Source of the DNA: Phycisphaerales bacterium
GTDB taxonomy: Bacteria; Planctomycetota; Phycisphaerae; Phycisphaerales; UBA1924
NCBI GenBank assembly: GCA_965227775.1
Contig: OZ245777.1
Location: 960,001-1,024,000 of the forward strand
Reading direction: 5' to 3'
DNA length: 64,000 bases
Below, piece by piece: positions 53,131-63,649 of the stretch (position 1 is its first letter; every line of letters starts with the position of its first letter). A model generated the notes under the pieces. It searched no databases, was not told the origin of the DNA, and saw nothing but the letters and a program-made list of their open reading frames with translations. The position numbers and the translations under genes are program-made.

Positions 53131-54108
53131 GTGCTCACGCTGTTCCTGCCGCTGCTCTCGCTGGCGATTGCCCAGCCCGCACAAGACACGACGCCGATCC
53201 AGACGCTCGCCATCGGTGATCGCGTCGAGTCGATCGACGTCGAGCACTGGGTGCGTTTCGATCGCCCCCAGGGAGACCCCGTCAAAGAGTTCGAGCAGGG
53301 TACCGTCTACGTGGTCGACTTTTGGGCGACGTGGTGCGTTCCATGCGTCGCGGCCATGGACAAGGTCAGCGCCTTGCAAGAGCAGTACGCCGACCGAAAC
53401 GTTCGCTTCATCGGCGTGACGGAAGAGAAGCTCTCGACGGTGGTGCGATTCCTCAGCACGCCGGTCGCGGTCGAAGAAGGCCAGAAGCCACGCACGCAGT
53501 ACGATCGCGCGCGCTTCGCGATGGGCGTCGATTCGGATGGCTCGACGGCGAAGATGCTCTTGCCCGAGGGCGTGCGATCGATTCGGCCCCAGTACGCGAT
53601 CATCGATCGGGATGGCACGCTCGCGTGGGTTGACTTCGCAAGTGCCGACGAGCTTCCCGAAATCCTTGATGCCGTGCTGGAAGGAACGTGGGACGCCGAG
53701 GCGTACCGGATCGAGTTCGAGCGGGAACTCGTGATTGTGGCCGAGCGGGATCGGATCATGGCCGAGGAAGACTGGGCCGCGGCGAAGGACCAATTCTGGG
53801 ATGACGCGGATCTGCTCGGCAGGATCGCGTTTGCCATCGCCTTCGGCTTTGGCAAGCCGATCCAGAACGCCGACACGGGCGTCGCGCTCGAATTCGCGAC
53901 GCGTGCCAATGAGCTCAAGGATGGACAGAACGCCTTCGCCCTGCACAGCATGGCAAAGCTGGCTTCGGACAAGGGCGATGTAGCGAAGGCTGTCGAGCTG
54001 CAGGAACGCGCCGTCGAGATCTGCAAGACCGACGCGGCGTCCGCAGGGTTCCTCGACTACTACTCGAGCACGCTCGAGCAATATCGCAAGGCCCTCGCGA
54101 GCAAGTAG
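53131..54108 (+). CDS. TlpA-like thiol-disulfide reductase with helical/TPR-like C-terminus
   Basis: VYVVDFWATWCVPC; C-terminal AVELQERAVE helical repeat. Confidence 0.85.
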   Translation: MLTLFLPLLSLAIAQPAQDTTPIQTLAIGDRVESIDVEHWVRFDRPQGDPVKEFEQGTVYVVDFWATWCVPCVAAMDKVSALQEQYADRNVRFIGVTEEKLSTVVRFLSTPVAVEEGQKPRTQYDRARFAMGVDSDGSTAKMLLPEGVRSIRPQYAIIDRDGTLAWVDFASADELPEILDAVLEGTWDAEAYRIEFERELVIVAERDRIMAEEDWAAAKDQFWDDADLLGRIAFAIAFGFGKPIQNADTGVALEFATRANELKDGQNAFALHSMAKLASDKGDVAKAVELQERAVEICKTDAASAGFLDYYSSTLEQYRKALASK

Positions 54109-54123
54109 GCCGCCGATCGCCGA

Positions 54124-54519
54124 ATGCCAACGCCCGACGAGTTCATGATGGAGGTCCCCGCGTCGCTGCGGCGGCGAGCGGCGTCGATCCGCCGGTTCGT
54201 GCTGGAGCTTGTGCCGCACGCCGCTGAGCGGGTCACGTGGGACGCCATCTCAATCTACGACCCCGATCGCGGCGGGCCGGTGAAGGGCTCGATCTGCCAG
54301 ATCGTGCACCGCCGCGGCGCGCTCCGGCTCGACTTCCCACTCGGCGAGTTCATGGATGATCCCTCGGGCCTGCTCCAGGGCGAGGCCGGCCGCCGGGGCA
54401 AGCGCTTCGTGCCGATCGGCGCCGAAGAGCCGTCTGCCGCCGACGTCGAGCGCCTCATCCGGGCGTCGCTCGCGGCCCCGCCCAAGCCCAAGCGACTGCC
54501 CGGGTCACCCGCCGGCTAG
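54124..54519 (+). CDS. DUF1801 (YdhG-like) protein
   Basis: [35 protein letters not shown] pattern. Confidence 0.65.
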   Translation: MPTPDEFMMEVPASLRRRAASIRRFVLELVPHAAERVTWDAISIYDPDRGGPVKGSICQIVHRRGALRLDFPLGEFMDDPSGLLQGEAGRRGKRFVPIGAEEPSAADVERLIRASLAAPPKPKRLPGSPAG

Positions 54520-54583
54520 CCACGCGTGGCGGCCGCGTTCGCTACCATACCCGTCGACGCCCGAACCGCGCCCGGAGCCCGCT

Positions 54584-55918
54584 ATGCCCATCACCGTCAC
54601 CATGCCCCGCCTGTCCGACACCATGGAGGTCGGCACCGTCGTCCAGTGGCACGTCAAGGAGGGCGACACCGTCTCTCCCGGCGATGTGCTGGCCGACATC
54701 GAGACCGACAAGGCAACCATGGAGCTCGAAGCATTCGACGAGGGCACCGTCGCCAAGCTGGCGGCAAAGCAGGGCGACTCGGTGAACGTGGGCGACCCAA
54801 TCGTGATCATCGCCGAAGAGGGCGAGGACGTGTCCGAGGCGGCCAGCAGCGGCGGTGAGGCCAAGACCGAGGCGAAATCGGAAACGAAGATCGAGACCAA
54901 GCAGGCCGAGGGCTCGAGTTCGTCGACCGCCTCCAGCGGCACGGCGACCGCGCCGGCCCCGACCTCCAACGGCAGCACCAACGGCTCGACCTCCAACGGT
55001 GACGGCGGCCGCATCTTCGCCAGCCCGCTCGCGAAGAAGATCGCCGGCGAGCACAACGTCGACCTCGCGGGCATCGACGGTACAGGCCCGAGCGGCCGGA
55101 TCGTGAAGAAGGACGTCGAGTACGCGCTCGAGTCCGGCGGCGCGAGCGCACCGGCGTCGCGCGGTGCGCCCGCCCAGCCCGAGCTGCCGCCCATCGGCGC
55201 GGCGCTGCAGGACAACACCGTCACGCTCAGCAACATGCGCGGCACCATCGCCAAGCGCCTCGTGCAGAGCAAGCAGACGATCCCGCACTACCAGGTCACC
55301 GTCGAGGTCGACATGGACGCCCTACTCGACCTGCGCGAGCAGCTCAACGAGCAGCTGAGCGCCCAGGGCGTCAAGCTCACGGTCAACGACTTCCTGGTTC
55401 GCGCGTGTGCGCTGGCGATGCACCAGCACCCCTTCGTCAATAGCTCGTGGGACGACAGCGGCAAGCATCCCGCTATCAAGCAGCACGGCTCGGTCAACGT
55501 TGGCGTCGCCGTCGCCCTTCCCGAGGAGCGTGGCGGGGGCCTGGTCGTTCCCGTGCTGCAGGGCACCGATCGCATGGGCCTGCGCACCATCTCGAGCGAG
55601 ACGCGCCGCCTGGCCAAGAAGGCCCGCGAGAAGGGCCTGAGCGTCGAGGACATGGACGGGGCGACCTTCACCATCAGCAACCTGGGCATGTTCGGCGTGT
55701 CGCACTTCACCGCCATCATCAATCCGCCCAACGCGTGCATCCTGGCCGTCGGCGCCGCGCGCGAGATCCCGGTCGTCCGCGACGGCCAGCTCATGATCGG
55801 CAGCGTGATGAGCATGACGATGTCCAGCGACCACCGCATCGTCGACGGCGCGATGGCCGCCCAATACCTCAACACCGTCAAGGGCATGCTCGAAGCGCCC
55901 GCGACGCTCTTGGTCTAA
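54584..55918 (+). CDS. pdhC: Pyruvate dehydrogenase E2 dihydrolipoamide acetyltransferase
   Basis: Lipoyl domain [10 protein letters not shown]3-binding [29 protein letters not shown]. Confidence 0.93.
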   Translation: MPITVTMPRLSDTMEVGTVVQWHVKEGDTVSPGDVLADIETDKATMELEAFDEGTVAKLAAKQGDSVNVGDPIVIIAEEGEDVSEAASSGGEAKTEAKSETKIETKQAEGSSSSTASSGTATAPAPTSNGSTNGSTSNGDGGRIFASPLAKKIAGEHNVDLAGIDGTGPSGRIVKKDVEYALESGGASAPASRGAPAQPELPPIGAALQDNTVTLSNMRGTIAKRLVQSKQTIPHYQVTVEVDMDALLDLREQLNEQLSAQGVKLTVNDFLVRACALAMHQHPFVNSSWDDSGKHPAIKQHGSVNVGVAVALPEERGGGLVVPVLQGTDRMGLRTISSETRRLAKKAREKGLSVEDMDGATFTISNLGMFGVSHFTAIINPPNACILAVGAAREIPVVRDGQLMIGSVMSMTMSSDHRIVDGAMAAQYLNTVKGMLEAPATLLV

Positions 55919-55927
55919 GCGGCCCGC

Positions 55928-56425
55928 GTGCACGACGCGCCGGCGGTCACCATCCGCGCCGAGCGAGCCGAGGACGTTGATGCCATCGATCGCGTACTGC
56001 GCGAGTCGTTCCCAACGGCCGACGAAGCGCAGCTCGTGAGGCAATTGCGCGCCGATGGCGACCTGCGCGTCTCGCTCGTAGCCGAGGTCGATGGCGCCGT
56101 GGTCGGCTGCGTCGCCATCAGTCCGGTGACCATCGACGGCGAAGCATGCAACGGTGTCGGCCTCGCGCCCGTGGCGGTGCTGCCGGGCCATCAATCGCGC
56201 GGCATCGGCGCCACGCTCGTCGCCGCGGGGCTGGCCGCGTTCTGCGTCGTGCTCGGCGAGCCGGCGTACTACCGGCGCTTCGGCTTCCGCCCCGCCGCCA
56301 AGCACGGGCTGTCCAGCGTCTACGACGCCGGCGACGCGTTCATGGTGCTCACCCTGCCAGGCGGGACATTGCCTGATGGTGGCGGGCTCGTCCGATACGC
56401 TCCGGCGTTCGACGCTTTGGGGTAA
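55928..56425 (+). CDS. YhbS-like GNAT N-acetyltransferase
   Basis: LAPVAVLPGHQSRGIG, VVLGEPAYYRRFGF, VRYAPAF. Confidence 0.88.
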   Translation: MHDAPAVTIRAERAEDVDAIDRVLRESFPTADEAQLVRQLRADGDLRVSLVAEVDGAVVGCVAISPVTIDGEACNGVGLAPVAVLPGHQSRGIGATLVAAGLAAFCVVLGEPAYYRRFGFRPAAKHGLSSVYDAGDAFMVLTLPGGTLPDGGGLVRYAPAFDALG

Positions 56426-56500
56426 AAGAGCCGATGCACATGTAAGCAATCGCTAGCTTTTCCCAGTACACTCTCTGGGCGCACCGCCCCGGGAGGCTCC

Positions 56501-57415
56501 ATGACCGACGCAGACGCCAACAACGAAGCCGCGAACACCGAGAACGCCGCGGCAAAGAAGCCCCGCAAGTGGCGCAAGCGCCTCCGCCGGGGCGCCATCG
56601 GCGTGCTCGCCGGTACCGCCCTGTTCGCGCTCGCCTCGTGCATCCACCTCGACCACCCCAACCCCGACTACCCCGCGACCAACGCCGAGGTCGACGCCGC
56701 CATCGAAGAGATGAAGGAGGCCCCCGTCGGCCTCGATCGCCCGCTGGTGGTCCTCAGCGGCTGGCGCAGCCCGAGCATGACCGGCCGCGGCATGGCCGGG
56801 CGCATCAAGGAAGTCACCGGCGCGAAGGACGACGAGGTCCTCGCGATCTCCTACGTGTGGCAAGAGGACATCCGCGACATCGCCGACACCGTCGCCCAGA
56901 AGGTCGCCGACGAGTTCGGCACCGAGGTCGACCCGCTCACCGGCGACCGATGGACCGTCGAGGTCGACGTGGTTGCCATCTCGATGGGCGGCCTCGTCGC
57001 GCGCACGGCCTGGGCCGAGCCAACCGAGGTCAAACGCAACCTGGGCGTGCGCCTCAACATCCAGACGCTCTACACGCTCGGTAGCCCGCACCGAGGCGCG
57101 AAGCTCGCCAACTGGATCCGCCTCGACGAATCGGCCCGCCAGATGCAGCCCGGCTCGGAGTTCCTGGCCATGCTCGACGACGCGACCATCGGCGACACGC
57201 ACGACCTGACCGTCGTGCCCTACGCCACGCTGCGCGACACCTGGGTGGGCGCCACCAACGCGTCGCCCAACGGGCAGGACCCCATCTGGGTGCCCGGCCG
57301 CGTCGTGCTGAGCCACCACCTCATCTCGCTGGACGACCGCATCCTGGCCGACATCGGCCGCCGCCTTCGGGGCGAGGAGCCGCTGGGCCAGCCCTCGGCG
57401 CCGCCGCGGGACTAG
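56501..57415 (+). CDS. Alpha/beta hydrolase (lipase/PGAP1-like), possible lipoprotein
   Basis: VAISMGGLVAR nucleophile elbow, TLGSPHRG; ALASC lipobox-like motif. Confidence 0.75.
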   Translation: MTDADANNEAANTENAAAKKPRKWRKRLRRGAIGVLAGTALFALASCIHLDHPNPDYPATNAEVDAAIEEMKEAPVGLDRPLVVLSGWRSPSMTGRGMAGRIKEVTGAKDDEVLAISYVWQEDIRDIADTVAQKVADEFGTEVDPLTGDRWTVEVDVVAISMGGLVARTAWAEPTEVKRNLGVRLNIQTLYTLGSPHRGAKLANWIRLDESARQMQPGSEFLAMLDDATIGDTHDLTVVPYATLRDTWVGATNASPNGQDPIWVPGRVVLSHHLISLDDRILADIGRRLRGEEPLGQPSAPPRD

Positions 57416-57476
57416 GCCGGCACCGAATCTCCCGAAAAGTCAACACTCCCCAACTCGGATTCCTGCAATTTCGAGT

Positions 57477-58352
57477 ATGGTCACGTGGGAGAGGTGCGAA
57501 TTGAATCGACAACATGCACCGGTACTGTGCCTTGCGGCGGTATGCGTGCTGGCGATGGCCCCGCCGTCGGCGCGGGCGCAGGAACCGCGCATCTTGTACG
57601 GCGACTTGAACTCGATCAGCTTCGTGTCTGCGCCGATCAGGGGTGCCCTGGGCGATCTTGGCCTCGACTTCACACTGGTGTTCTCGGATGAAGAATTCCT
57701 GAATGAGGTTCGCTTCCGGCGATGGGACTTGGTCATCCTTCGCAGCAAGCGGCGTTTCGTTGAGCCCTTTGAGCGTGAGATCATCGCCGAGCTCGAGGCG
57801 CACGTGGCTGGCGGGGGCGCGCTGCACTTCCAGATGGCCGACTTGGAGAACGCGCCCGCCGAGCTTCTGGACGTGCTGGGCATCGCTGATGCCATCGACC
57901 TGCGTTTCCCGTTGAGCGATATCGAGTTCGCGCCTCCTAAGCACCCGTCGGTTCCTGGTGGCGGGTTCCTTTCGCTTGCCGACGAGATCTACCCGCCAGA
58001 TTTCGGTGACGCGCTGGTGCCACTTGATGGCGGTACCGTTACCCAGCGTTTTGTGGTCGATCAGACGCCTGCGACGGTGCTCACACGCTCAGGTCGGGTC
58101 TTGGTCAATGGCCAGCAATGGGACAATTGGGTCGCGAGCGGCGCTGCAAACGGTACCGCCGGCAATCAGATTCGCTGGCTGCTGCGCTGTCCTGCTGATC
58201 TCGACCTCGATGGCACGACGACGATCAACGACTTCCTGGTGTTCCAGAACCTGTTCATGCTCGAAGACACCGTGGCCGACGTCGATGGCGACGGCACGTG
58301 GACGGTGTTCGATTTCCTGGCGTTCGTCAACGCATTCGAAAACGGCTGCTGA
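57477..58352 (+). CDS. Secreted protein with GC-type dockerin tail; N-domain homologous to the 12136-14048 repeats
   Basis: Signal peptide ARA-Q; CPADLDLDGTTTINDFLVFQNLF..ENGC; start uncertain. Confidence 0.82.
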   Translation: MVTWERCELNRQHAPVLCLAAVCVLAMAPPSARAQEPRILYGDLNSISFVSAPIRGALGDLGLDFTLVFSDEEFLNEVRFRRWDLVILRSKRRFVEPFEREIIAELEAHVAGGGALHFQMADLENAPAELLDVLGIADAIDLRFPLSDIEFAPPKHPSVPGGGFLSLADEIYPPDFGDALVPLDGGTVTQRFVVDQTPATVLTRSGRVLVNGQQWDNWVASGAANGTAGNQIRWLLRCPADLDLDGTTTINDFLVFQNLFMLEDTVADVDGDGTWTVFDFLAFVNAFENGC

Positions 58353-58353
58353 C

Positions 58354-59406
58354 CTACTCCGCGAGCCGCTCTTCCTTTTGCGGCCGGCTCATCAGCAGGC
58401 CGATGGCGTCCACCGGGTCGAGCCCGTCGAACAGCACGGCGTGCACCGCCTCGCAGATGGGCATCTCGACGCCGTGCCTGCCCGCCAGTTCCATCACGGC
58501 CCGGGTCGTCGCGACGCCCTCGACCACGTGCATGGTCGCCTCCATGTGCTGCTCGAGCGTGCGGCCCTTGCCCAGCGCTTCCCCGCAGGCCCGGTTGCGG
58601 CCCTGGGGGCTGAAGCACGTGGTCGCCAGGTCGCCCACGCCCGCGACGCCGAAGAAGGTCTCCGGCTCGGCGCCCATCGCGACGCCCAGGCGCACGATCT
58701 CCGCCAGGCCGCGCGCGAGCAGGGCGCTCTTGGCGTTGTAGCCGGCCTGCAGGCCGTCGAGGATGCCCGCGGCGATGGCGATGACGTTCTTGATCGCGCC
58801 GGCCAGCTCGGTGCCCACGAGGTCGTTGCTCGTGTAGATGCGCAGGTAGCTCGCGGCGAACCACCGCTGGACGTCGCGCGCGAAGCGGTCGTCCTCGCTG
58901 GCGGCGATCATCGTGGCCGGCAGCCCGCGCGCGAGTTCGGCGGCGATGGTGGGGCCGCTGAGCGCCGCGATCGGACGATCCGAGCCAACGACTTCGGCGA
59001 TGACCTCGGTCGGCCGCAGCAGCGTGCCCTGCTCCAGCCCTTTGGCCGTGCTGATGATGCCGGCGTCGTGGGGCACGTGGGGCTTCAGGCGCGTGAACGC
59101 CTCGCGGATGTGCTGCACCGGAATCGCGCAGACGACCAGCCCCGCGCCCTGCAGCGCCGACTCATCGCTCAGGGCCACCCCCACGCGCTCGGGCAGGGTG
59201 AAGCCCTCCAGCAGCGGGCTGCGGCGGACCTGGGCGAGCTTGTGCTGGGCGTCGAGCTCGTGGCCCCACAGGGCGATGCGGCCGATCTCGTCGGGCTCGC
59301 CCGAGCTGCCCGGAGGCGCATCGCCATCCTGCGGCGAGGCCGAGGCCAGGATCGCCGTACACACCAGCCCCATCTGTCCCGCTCCGAGCACCGCCGCGTG
59401 TCGCAT
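58354..59406 (-). CDS. gpsA: NAD(P)H-dependent glycerol-3-phosphate dehydrogenase
   Basis: GAGQMG, KGLE, LSGPTIA, KNVIAIAAG, GVGDLATTC..GRNR, EMPI. Confidence 0.95.
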   Translation of the reverse strand: MRHAAVLGAGQMGLVCTAILASASPQDGDAPPGSSGEPDEIGRIALWGHELDAQHKLAQVRRSPLLEGFTLPERVGVALSDESALQGAGLVVCAIPVQHIREAFTRLKPHVPHDAGIISTAKGLEQGTLLRPTEVIAEVVGSDRPIAALSGPTIAAELARGLPATMIAASEDDRFARDVQRWFAASYLRIYTSNDLVGTELAGAIKNVIAIAAGILDGLQAGYNAKSALLARGLAEIVRLGVAMGAEPETFFGVAGVGDLATTCFSPQGRNRACGEALGKGRTLEQHMEATMHVVEGVATTRAVMELAGRHGVEMPICEAVHAVLFDGLDPVDAIGLLMSRPQKEERLAE

Positions 59407-59608
59407 GGGCCACGGTACGCCGCGAACCACCCCGCCGGTCCCGGCGTAAGCAGGCCTTCACCCGGCCCGCCGGGCCTGTGCCCGTGCGCCGACGACCGCG
59501 CCGATCTGGTGGCGGGCGTGCCCGGTGAAAGCCATCCGGGGGCCTAAAGTGGCCCCTCATCAGGACGTCCCAGCACCTCCGAATCGCCCCGGCAGGAGAC
59601 GCCAGCCC

Positions 59609-61636
59609 ATGTCGACGATCGCCAGCCCCACCAGAGACGACCTGGACCAGCTCGAAGCGCCAGACCTCAGCACCGAGACCGAGCAGGAAAGCCGGATCGA
59701 GCTGCGGATCTTCGTCTTCCTGATCGCCGCGATCGTGCTTGCGTGCTCGGTCATCGCCCGCTGGACGGGCATGACCAGCGAGGCCGTCGCCGCCGTGCCG
59801 GCCGGGCTGGCCGCCGTCGTGCTGGGCGGCTTCTTGTTGCCCCCGGCGTGGCGCGAGATCCGCCGCGGCGAGTTCGGCTCGCGCTGCCTGGTGGTCATCG
59901 CGGTGGGCGGGGCGCTCGCGCTGGAGCGTTACTTCGAGGCAGGCCTGCTCGCGTTCATCCTGAACATCAGCAACGAGATCGTCGAACGCACCGCCAGCGG
60001 CGCCCGCCGCGCCATCGAGGCCCTGGTTGGCCTGACGCCCGACACCGCCCGCGTCGTCGACGAAGACGGCAACGAGCGCGAGGAGCAGATCACCGACGTC
60101 AAGCTGGGCCAGATCGTCCGCGTCCGCCCGGGTGAGAACCTGCCCGTCGACGGTCGCATCGTCAAGGGCCAGAGCGAGATCAACCAGGCGTCGCTGACGG
60201 GCGAGGCCATCCCCGTCTCGGTGCAGGCGGGCAGCGAGGTCTACGCCGGCACGACCAACCTCTCGGGCATCATCGAGCTCGAGGTCACGCAGGTGGGCGA
60301 GGACACGACCATCGGCAAGGTCACCCAGCTCATCCGCGAGGCCGAGAGCACCAAGACGCAGCGCCAGCAGATCATCGAGCAGGTTGCTCGCTTCTTCGTG
60401 CCCATCGCCATCGGCGTGGCGTTCATCGTCTTCATGCTCAGCGCGAACAACGCGCAGACGCAGCAGGACGCGTTCGCCTCGGCTCTCGCCGTGCTCGTCG
60501 TCGCGGTGCCTGCCGCGCTGCTGCTGGCCAGTCCGACGGCCATGGTCGCCGCCTTCGGCGCTGCGGCCCGTCTTGGCATCCTCGTCAAGAGCACCGGCTT
60601 CCTCGAGGCCGCCGCCAGCGTCAACACGATCATCATGGACAAGACCGGCACCATCACCACCGGCACCTTCGAGGTGACGCGACTGGTGCCCGCCGAAGGC
60701 ATCGAAGGAGCCGACCTCCTGAAGGCCGCGGCTACGGCCGAGCGCAACAGCAACCACCCGCTCGCGCAGTCCATCGCGCGTACGGCCGACAAGGCGCGCG
60801 TGCCCGTCGAAACGCCCAGCGAATTCCAGGAACTGCACGGCAAGGGCGTTCGCGCCGTTACCCAGGCAGGCGAGCTGCACGTCGGCCGGTCGAGCTGGCT
60901 GAAGGAACTCAAGCCCGGCCAGGCGTCGGCCATCGAAGTGATCGAGGCCAAGATCGAGGGCATCAGCGGCGTGCACGTCATGCGTGACGGCAGGTACATG
61001 GGCGTCGTTGGCCTCGAGGACCGCGTCCGCAAGAACACCAAGAACGTGCTGCAGCGTCTGCGCGAGCTCGGCGCTCGACACATCGCCATCTTCACGGGTG
61101 ATCGCCTCAGCGTGGCCAAGCGCGTGGGCGTAGCTGTCGGCGTCGACGCCATCGAGGCCGAGTGCCTGCCCGAAGAGAAGTACCAGCTCGTGAGAGATCT
61201 GGTCGACCGCGGCTACCGCGTCATGATGGTCGGCGATGGCATCAACGACGGTCCCTCGCTGGCCGAGGCCGACGTGGGCGTGGCCATGGGTCTCAGCGGC
61301 TCGGACATCGCCGCCAACTCGGCCGGCGTCGCGCTCATGAACGACGACCTCAGCCGCATCCCCTTCTTCATCGAGCTCGCGCGTAAGACCAAGGCGATCA
61401 TCCTGCAGAACATCATCGCCTCGATCCTGTTTGTGATCGTGGGCCTTGTCATCGCTTCGACGGGCTTCATCAACCTGACGGTCGCCGGCCTCTACCAGAT
61501 CCTGCCGGTCCTGTTCGTGATGTTCAACAGCTTCCGCCTGTTCCGCTTTGGCGAGAGCTTCGCTGCGATCGAGGGCGAGGCCGAAGGCGGTCCCAAGCGC
61601 CGCGAAGCGTCGATGCGCGGGCTGGCGACGGCCTGA
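59609..61636 (+). CDS. P1B-type (heavy-metal-class) P-type ATPase with atypical transmembrane site
   Basis: LTGE, DKTGT, SNHPLA, GDGINDGP present; VPA in place of CPC/SPC; no N-terminal metal-binding domain. Confidence 0.9.
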   Translation: MSTIASPTRDDLDQLEAPDLSTETEQESRIELRIFVFLIAAIVLACSVIARWTGMTSEAVAAVPAGLAAVVLGGFLLPPAWREIRRGEFGSRCLVVIAVGGALALERYFEAGLLAFILNISNEIVERTASGARRAIEALVGLTPDTARVVDEDGNEREEQITDVKLGQIVRVRPGENLPVDGRIVKGQSEINQASLTGEAIPVSVQAGSEVYAGTTNLSGIIELEVTQVGEDTTIGKVTQLIREAESTKTQRQQIIEQVARFFVPIAIGVAFIVFMLSANNAQTQQDAFASALAVLVVAVPAALLLASPTAMVAAFGAAARLGILVKSTGFLEAAASVNTIIMDKTGTITTGTFEVTRLVPAEGIEGADLLKAAATAERNSNHPLAQSIARTADKARVPVETPSEFQELHGKGVRAVTQAGELHVGRSSWLKELKPGQASAIEVIEAKIEGISGVHVMRDGRYMGVVGLEDRVRKNTKNVLQRLRELGARHIAIFTGDRLSVAKRVGVAVGVDAIEAECLPEEKYQLVRDLVDRGYRVMMVGDGINDGPSLAEADVGVAMGLSGSDIAANSAGVALMNDDLSRIPFFIELARKTKAIILQNIIASILFVIVGLVIASTGFINLTVAGLYQILPVLFVMFNSFRLFRFGESFAAIEGEAEGGPKRREASMRGLATA

Positions 61637-61659
61637 CTCAGGCCATTTGGTCGATGAAC

Positions 61660-61685
61660 AAACCCACGCGTAGGCGTGGGTTTTC
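61660..61685. terminator. Bidirectional intrinsic terminator
   Basis: AAACCCACGC-GTAG-GCGTGGGTTTT between convergent genes. Confidence 0.75.
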
Positions 61686-61705
61686 AATGCGCATCAGTGT
61701 TTCGA

Positions 61706-63451
61706 TCAACAACCAGCCGAGAACGCGTTCTGAAACGCGAGGAAGTCGAAGATCGTGAACTCCCCATCGCTGTCGAAGTCGGCCAGAGGGTCCATGATGT
61801 CGAACAGGTTCTGGAACGCCAGGAAGTCGAAGATGGTCAGAGCGCCATCGCCGTCGAGGTCAGCAGCGCAGGGAGTGCTGCCGAGTTGTCGGCCGAACAC
61901 GACGAATGCCCGTTCCTCGCCGTATCCCGGCGATGGGTAGGTGCCGACGGCGAGGTCGTCCAAACCATCGCCGTTCATGTCTCCGACGAATTCGAGGGAA
62001 AAGCCGATGCGGTCTCGGCTGGTGTCGCTTCCGACAATCACGAACCCGTTCGTGCCATCGATATCGCCGAGCTGCACGACAGGAGGTGGTGGGCTGTCGT
62101 CGCCAAAGAGGATGTACACCTGCCCGAGCTCACCTTCGGCGTATGGCGCCGAGATCGCGATGTCGTTGAGGCCGTCGCCGTTTATGTCGCCGGCGGCGAG
62201 AGATCGGCCGCTGGCACCAAACTCGAGATCGCCTTCGATCGCGAAGCCGTTCGTGCCATCAAGGTCGCCCAGATCGAGTTCTGGTGGGAATCCGTCGTCT
62301 CGGCCGAAGACCACGCGCGTGACGCCGGCAGACAACTTGCCGTCCGCTTCCTCAAGCGGCGCCCCGATCGCGAAGTCGTTGAGCCCATCGCCGTTGATGT
62401 CGCCCAGGCTCGCAACGGCCTGGCCGCTGGCGCCATACGCGCCAGCGGGGGGGATGGCCTTGAATCCGTTGGTTCCGTCGAGGTCGCCGAGTTCCTCGAT
62501 CACGCTCGGACGGTCTGGCTTGCCATAGATGACGTAGGTCAGGCCCGAGCCGTACTCCTGGTCGGGCGCACCAACGATAATATCGTCAACTCCATCGCCG
62601 TTGACATCACCGACCCTAAGCACTGAACTCCCCGCGCGTTCGCCCGCCTCATCGCCAACCATCCGGGCGCCACGATCGGGGGTGATGTCGCCGGCCTCAA
62701 CGATTGGGGGGAACGGGTCAGACGGGTAATTGCGGCCGTAGAACACGTATGCCGCGCCCGTAAACGACGACGCGCCAGAGCTGTACTGTCGCGCTCCACA
62801 GATCAGATCCACGAAGCCATCGTCATTGAAGTCACCCGCCTGTGCAAGAGACGAGCCAAAGTAATCGAACTGGTTCTCGCCCTTAAATCGCACGCCGGTG
62901 AGTTCGTCGAGATCCTCAAGGCCGAAGACCGCGGCGAATGGTCCGACCACGCCGGAATCACGGCCGAACACCACGTAGGCCTCACCGGCATCCTGCCTGC
63001 CATCTGGATCTGCTCGCTCGGCGGCGATCAGGATGTCGTCTATGCCGTCGCCGTTCACGTCGACGTTGCCGCTGACGGCCGACCCCGCACGATCTCCCGG
63101 ACCGGCGCCGTCGATCCGTAGCCCGTCTTCGCCGTCCAGCGTGCTCACGTCCACCACGGGTGGGAGTGTGGAACCGCCGAAAAAGACGTAGGCAGCACCC
63201 TTGAACCCACCCCCACCGAACTGCGCACCAACGATCAGGTCTTCAAACCCATCGCCGTTGACATCGCCTGCCGATCCGAGCGACGAGCCAAAGAACGACT
63301 CCGATCCAGCACCTTCCAGCCTGAACCCGGTCGAGCCGTCCAATTCCATCAGGTCCAGAATCGAAGGGAACGGATCGTCCTGAGCCAGCAAGGCGCTCGG
63401 AAAGGCGAGGCCGCTTACGGCAAGCAGGATGGCAAGACGGTCGTTGAGCAT
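61706..63451 (-). CDS. FG-GAP (integrin-alpha-like) repeat protein with GC-type dockerin tail
   Basis: Seven GD(V/I/F/M)NGDGxDD..GA repeats; signal peptide from MLNDRL; dockerin tail ending SAGC. Confidence 0.9.
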   Translation of the reverse strand: MLNDRLAILLAVSGLAFPSALLAQDDPFPSILDLMELDGSTGFRLEGAGSESFFGSSLGSAGDVNGDGFEDLIVGAQFGGGGFKGAAYVFFGGSTLPPVVDVSTLDGEDGLRIDGAGPGDRAGSAVSGNVDVNGDGIDDILIAAERADPDGRQDAGEAYVVFGRDSGVVGPFAAVFGLEDLDELTGVRFKGENQFDYFGSSLAQAGDFNDDGFVDLICGARQYSSGASSFTGAAYVFYGRNYPSDPFPPIVEAGDITPDRGARMVGDEAGERAGSSVLRVGDVNGDGVDDIIVGAPDQEYGSGLTYVIYGKPDRPSVIEELGDLDGTNGFKAIPPAGAYGASGQAVASLGDINGDGLNDFAIGAPLEEADGKLSAGVTRVVFGRDDGFPPELDLGDLDGTNGFAIEGDLEFGASGRSLAAGDINGDGLNDIAISAPYAEGELGQVYILFGDDSPPPPVVQLGDIDGTNGFVIVGSDTSRDRIGFSLEFVGDMNGDGLDDLAVGTYPSPGYGEERAFVVFGRQLGSTPCAADLDGDGALTIFDFLAFQNLFDIMDPLADFDSDGEFTIFDFLAFQNAFSAGC

Positions 63452-63568
63452 GGCTGAAGTCCCTCCGACCCCCAGCATACCGAAGGCTGCCCAAAATTCC
63501 ATGGCCTTTTTCCCGCCTGGTTCCGGCGATCTGGCAAGATGGGCGAATTCTGAACAATCCCTGATGAT

Positions 63569-63649
63569 CTAGCGAGACCCCGTGTCGAGCGTGTTCTGGT
63601 AACCGAGGTAGTCGAGGATGGCAAATTCGCCGTCGCTATCGAATTCGGC
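63569..63649 (-). pseudogene. Orphan degenerate half GC-dockerin remnant
   Basis: Minus-strand frame reads AEFDSDGEFAILDYLGYQNTLDTGSR*; in-frame stop upstream at 63674-76 and no start codon. Confidence 0.7.
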
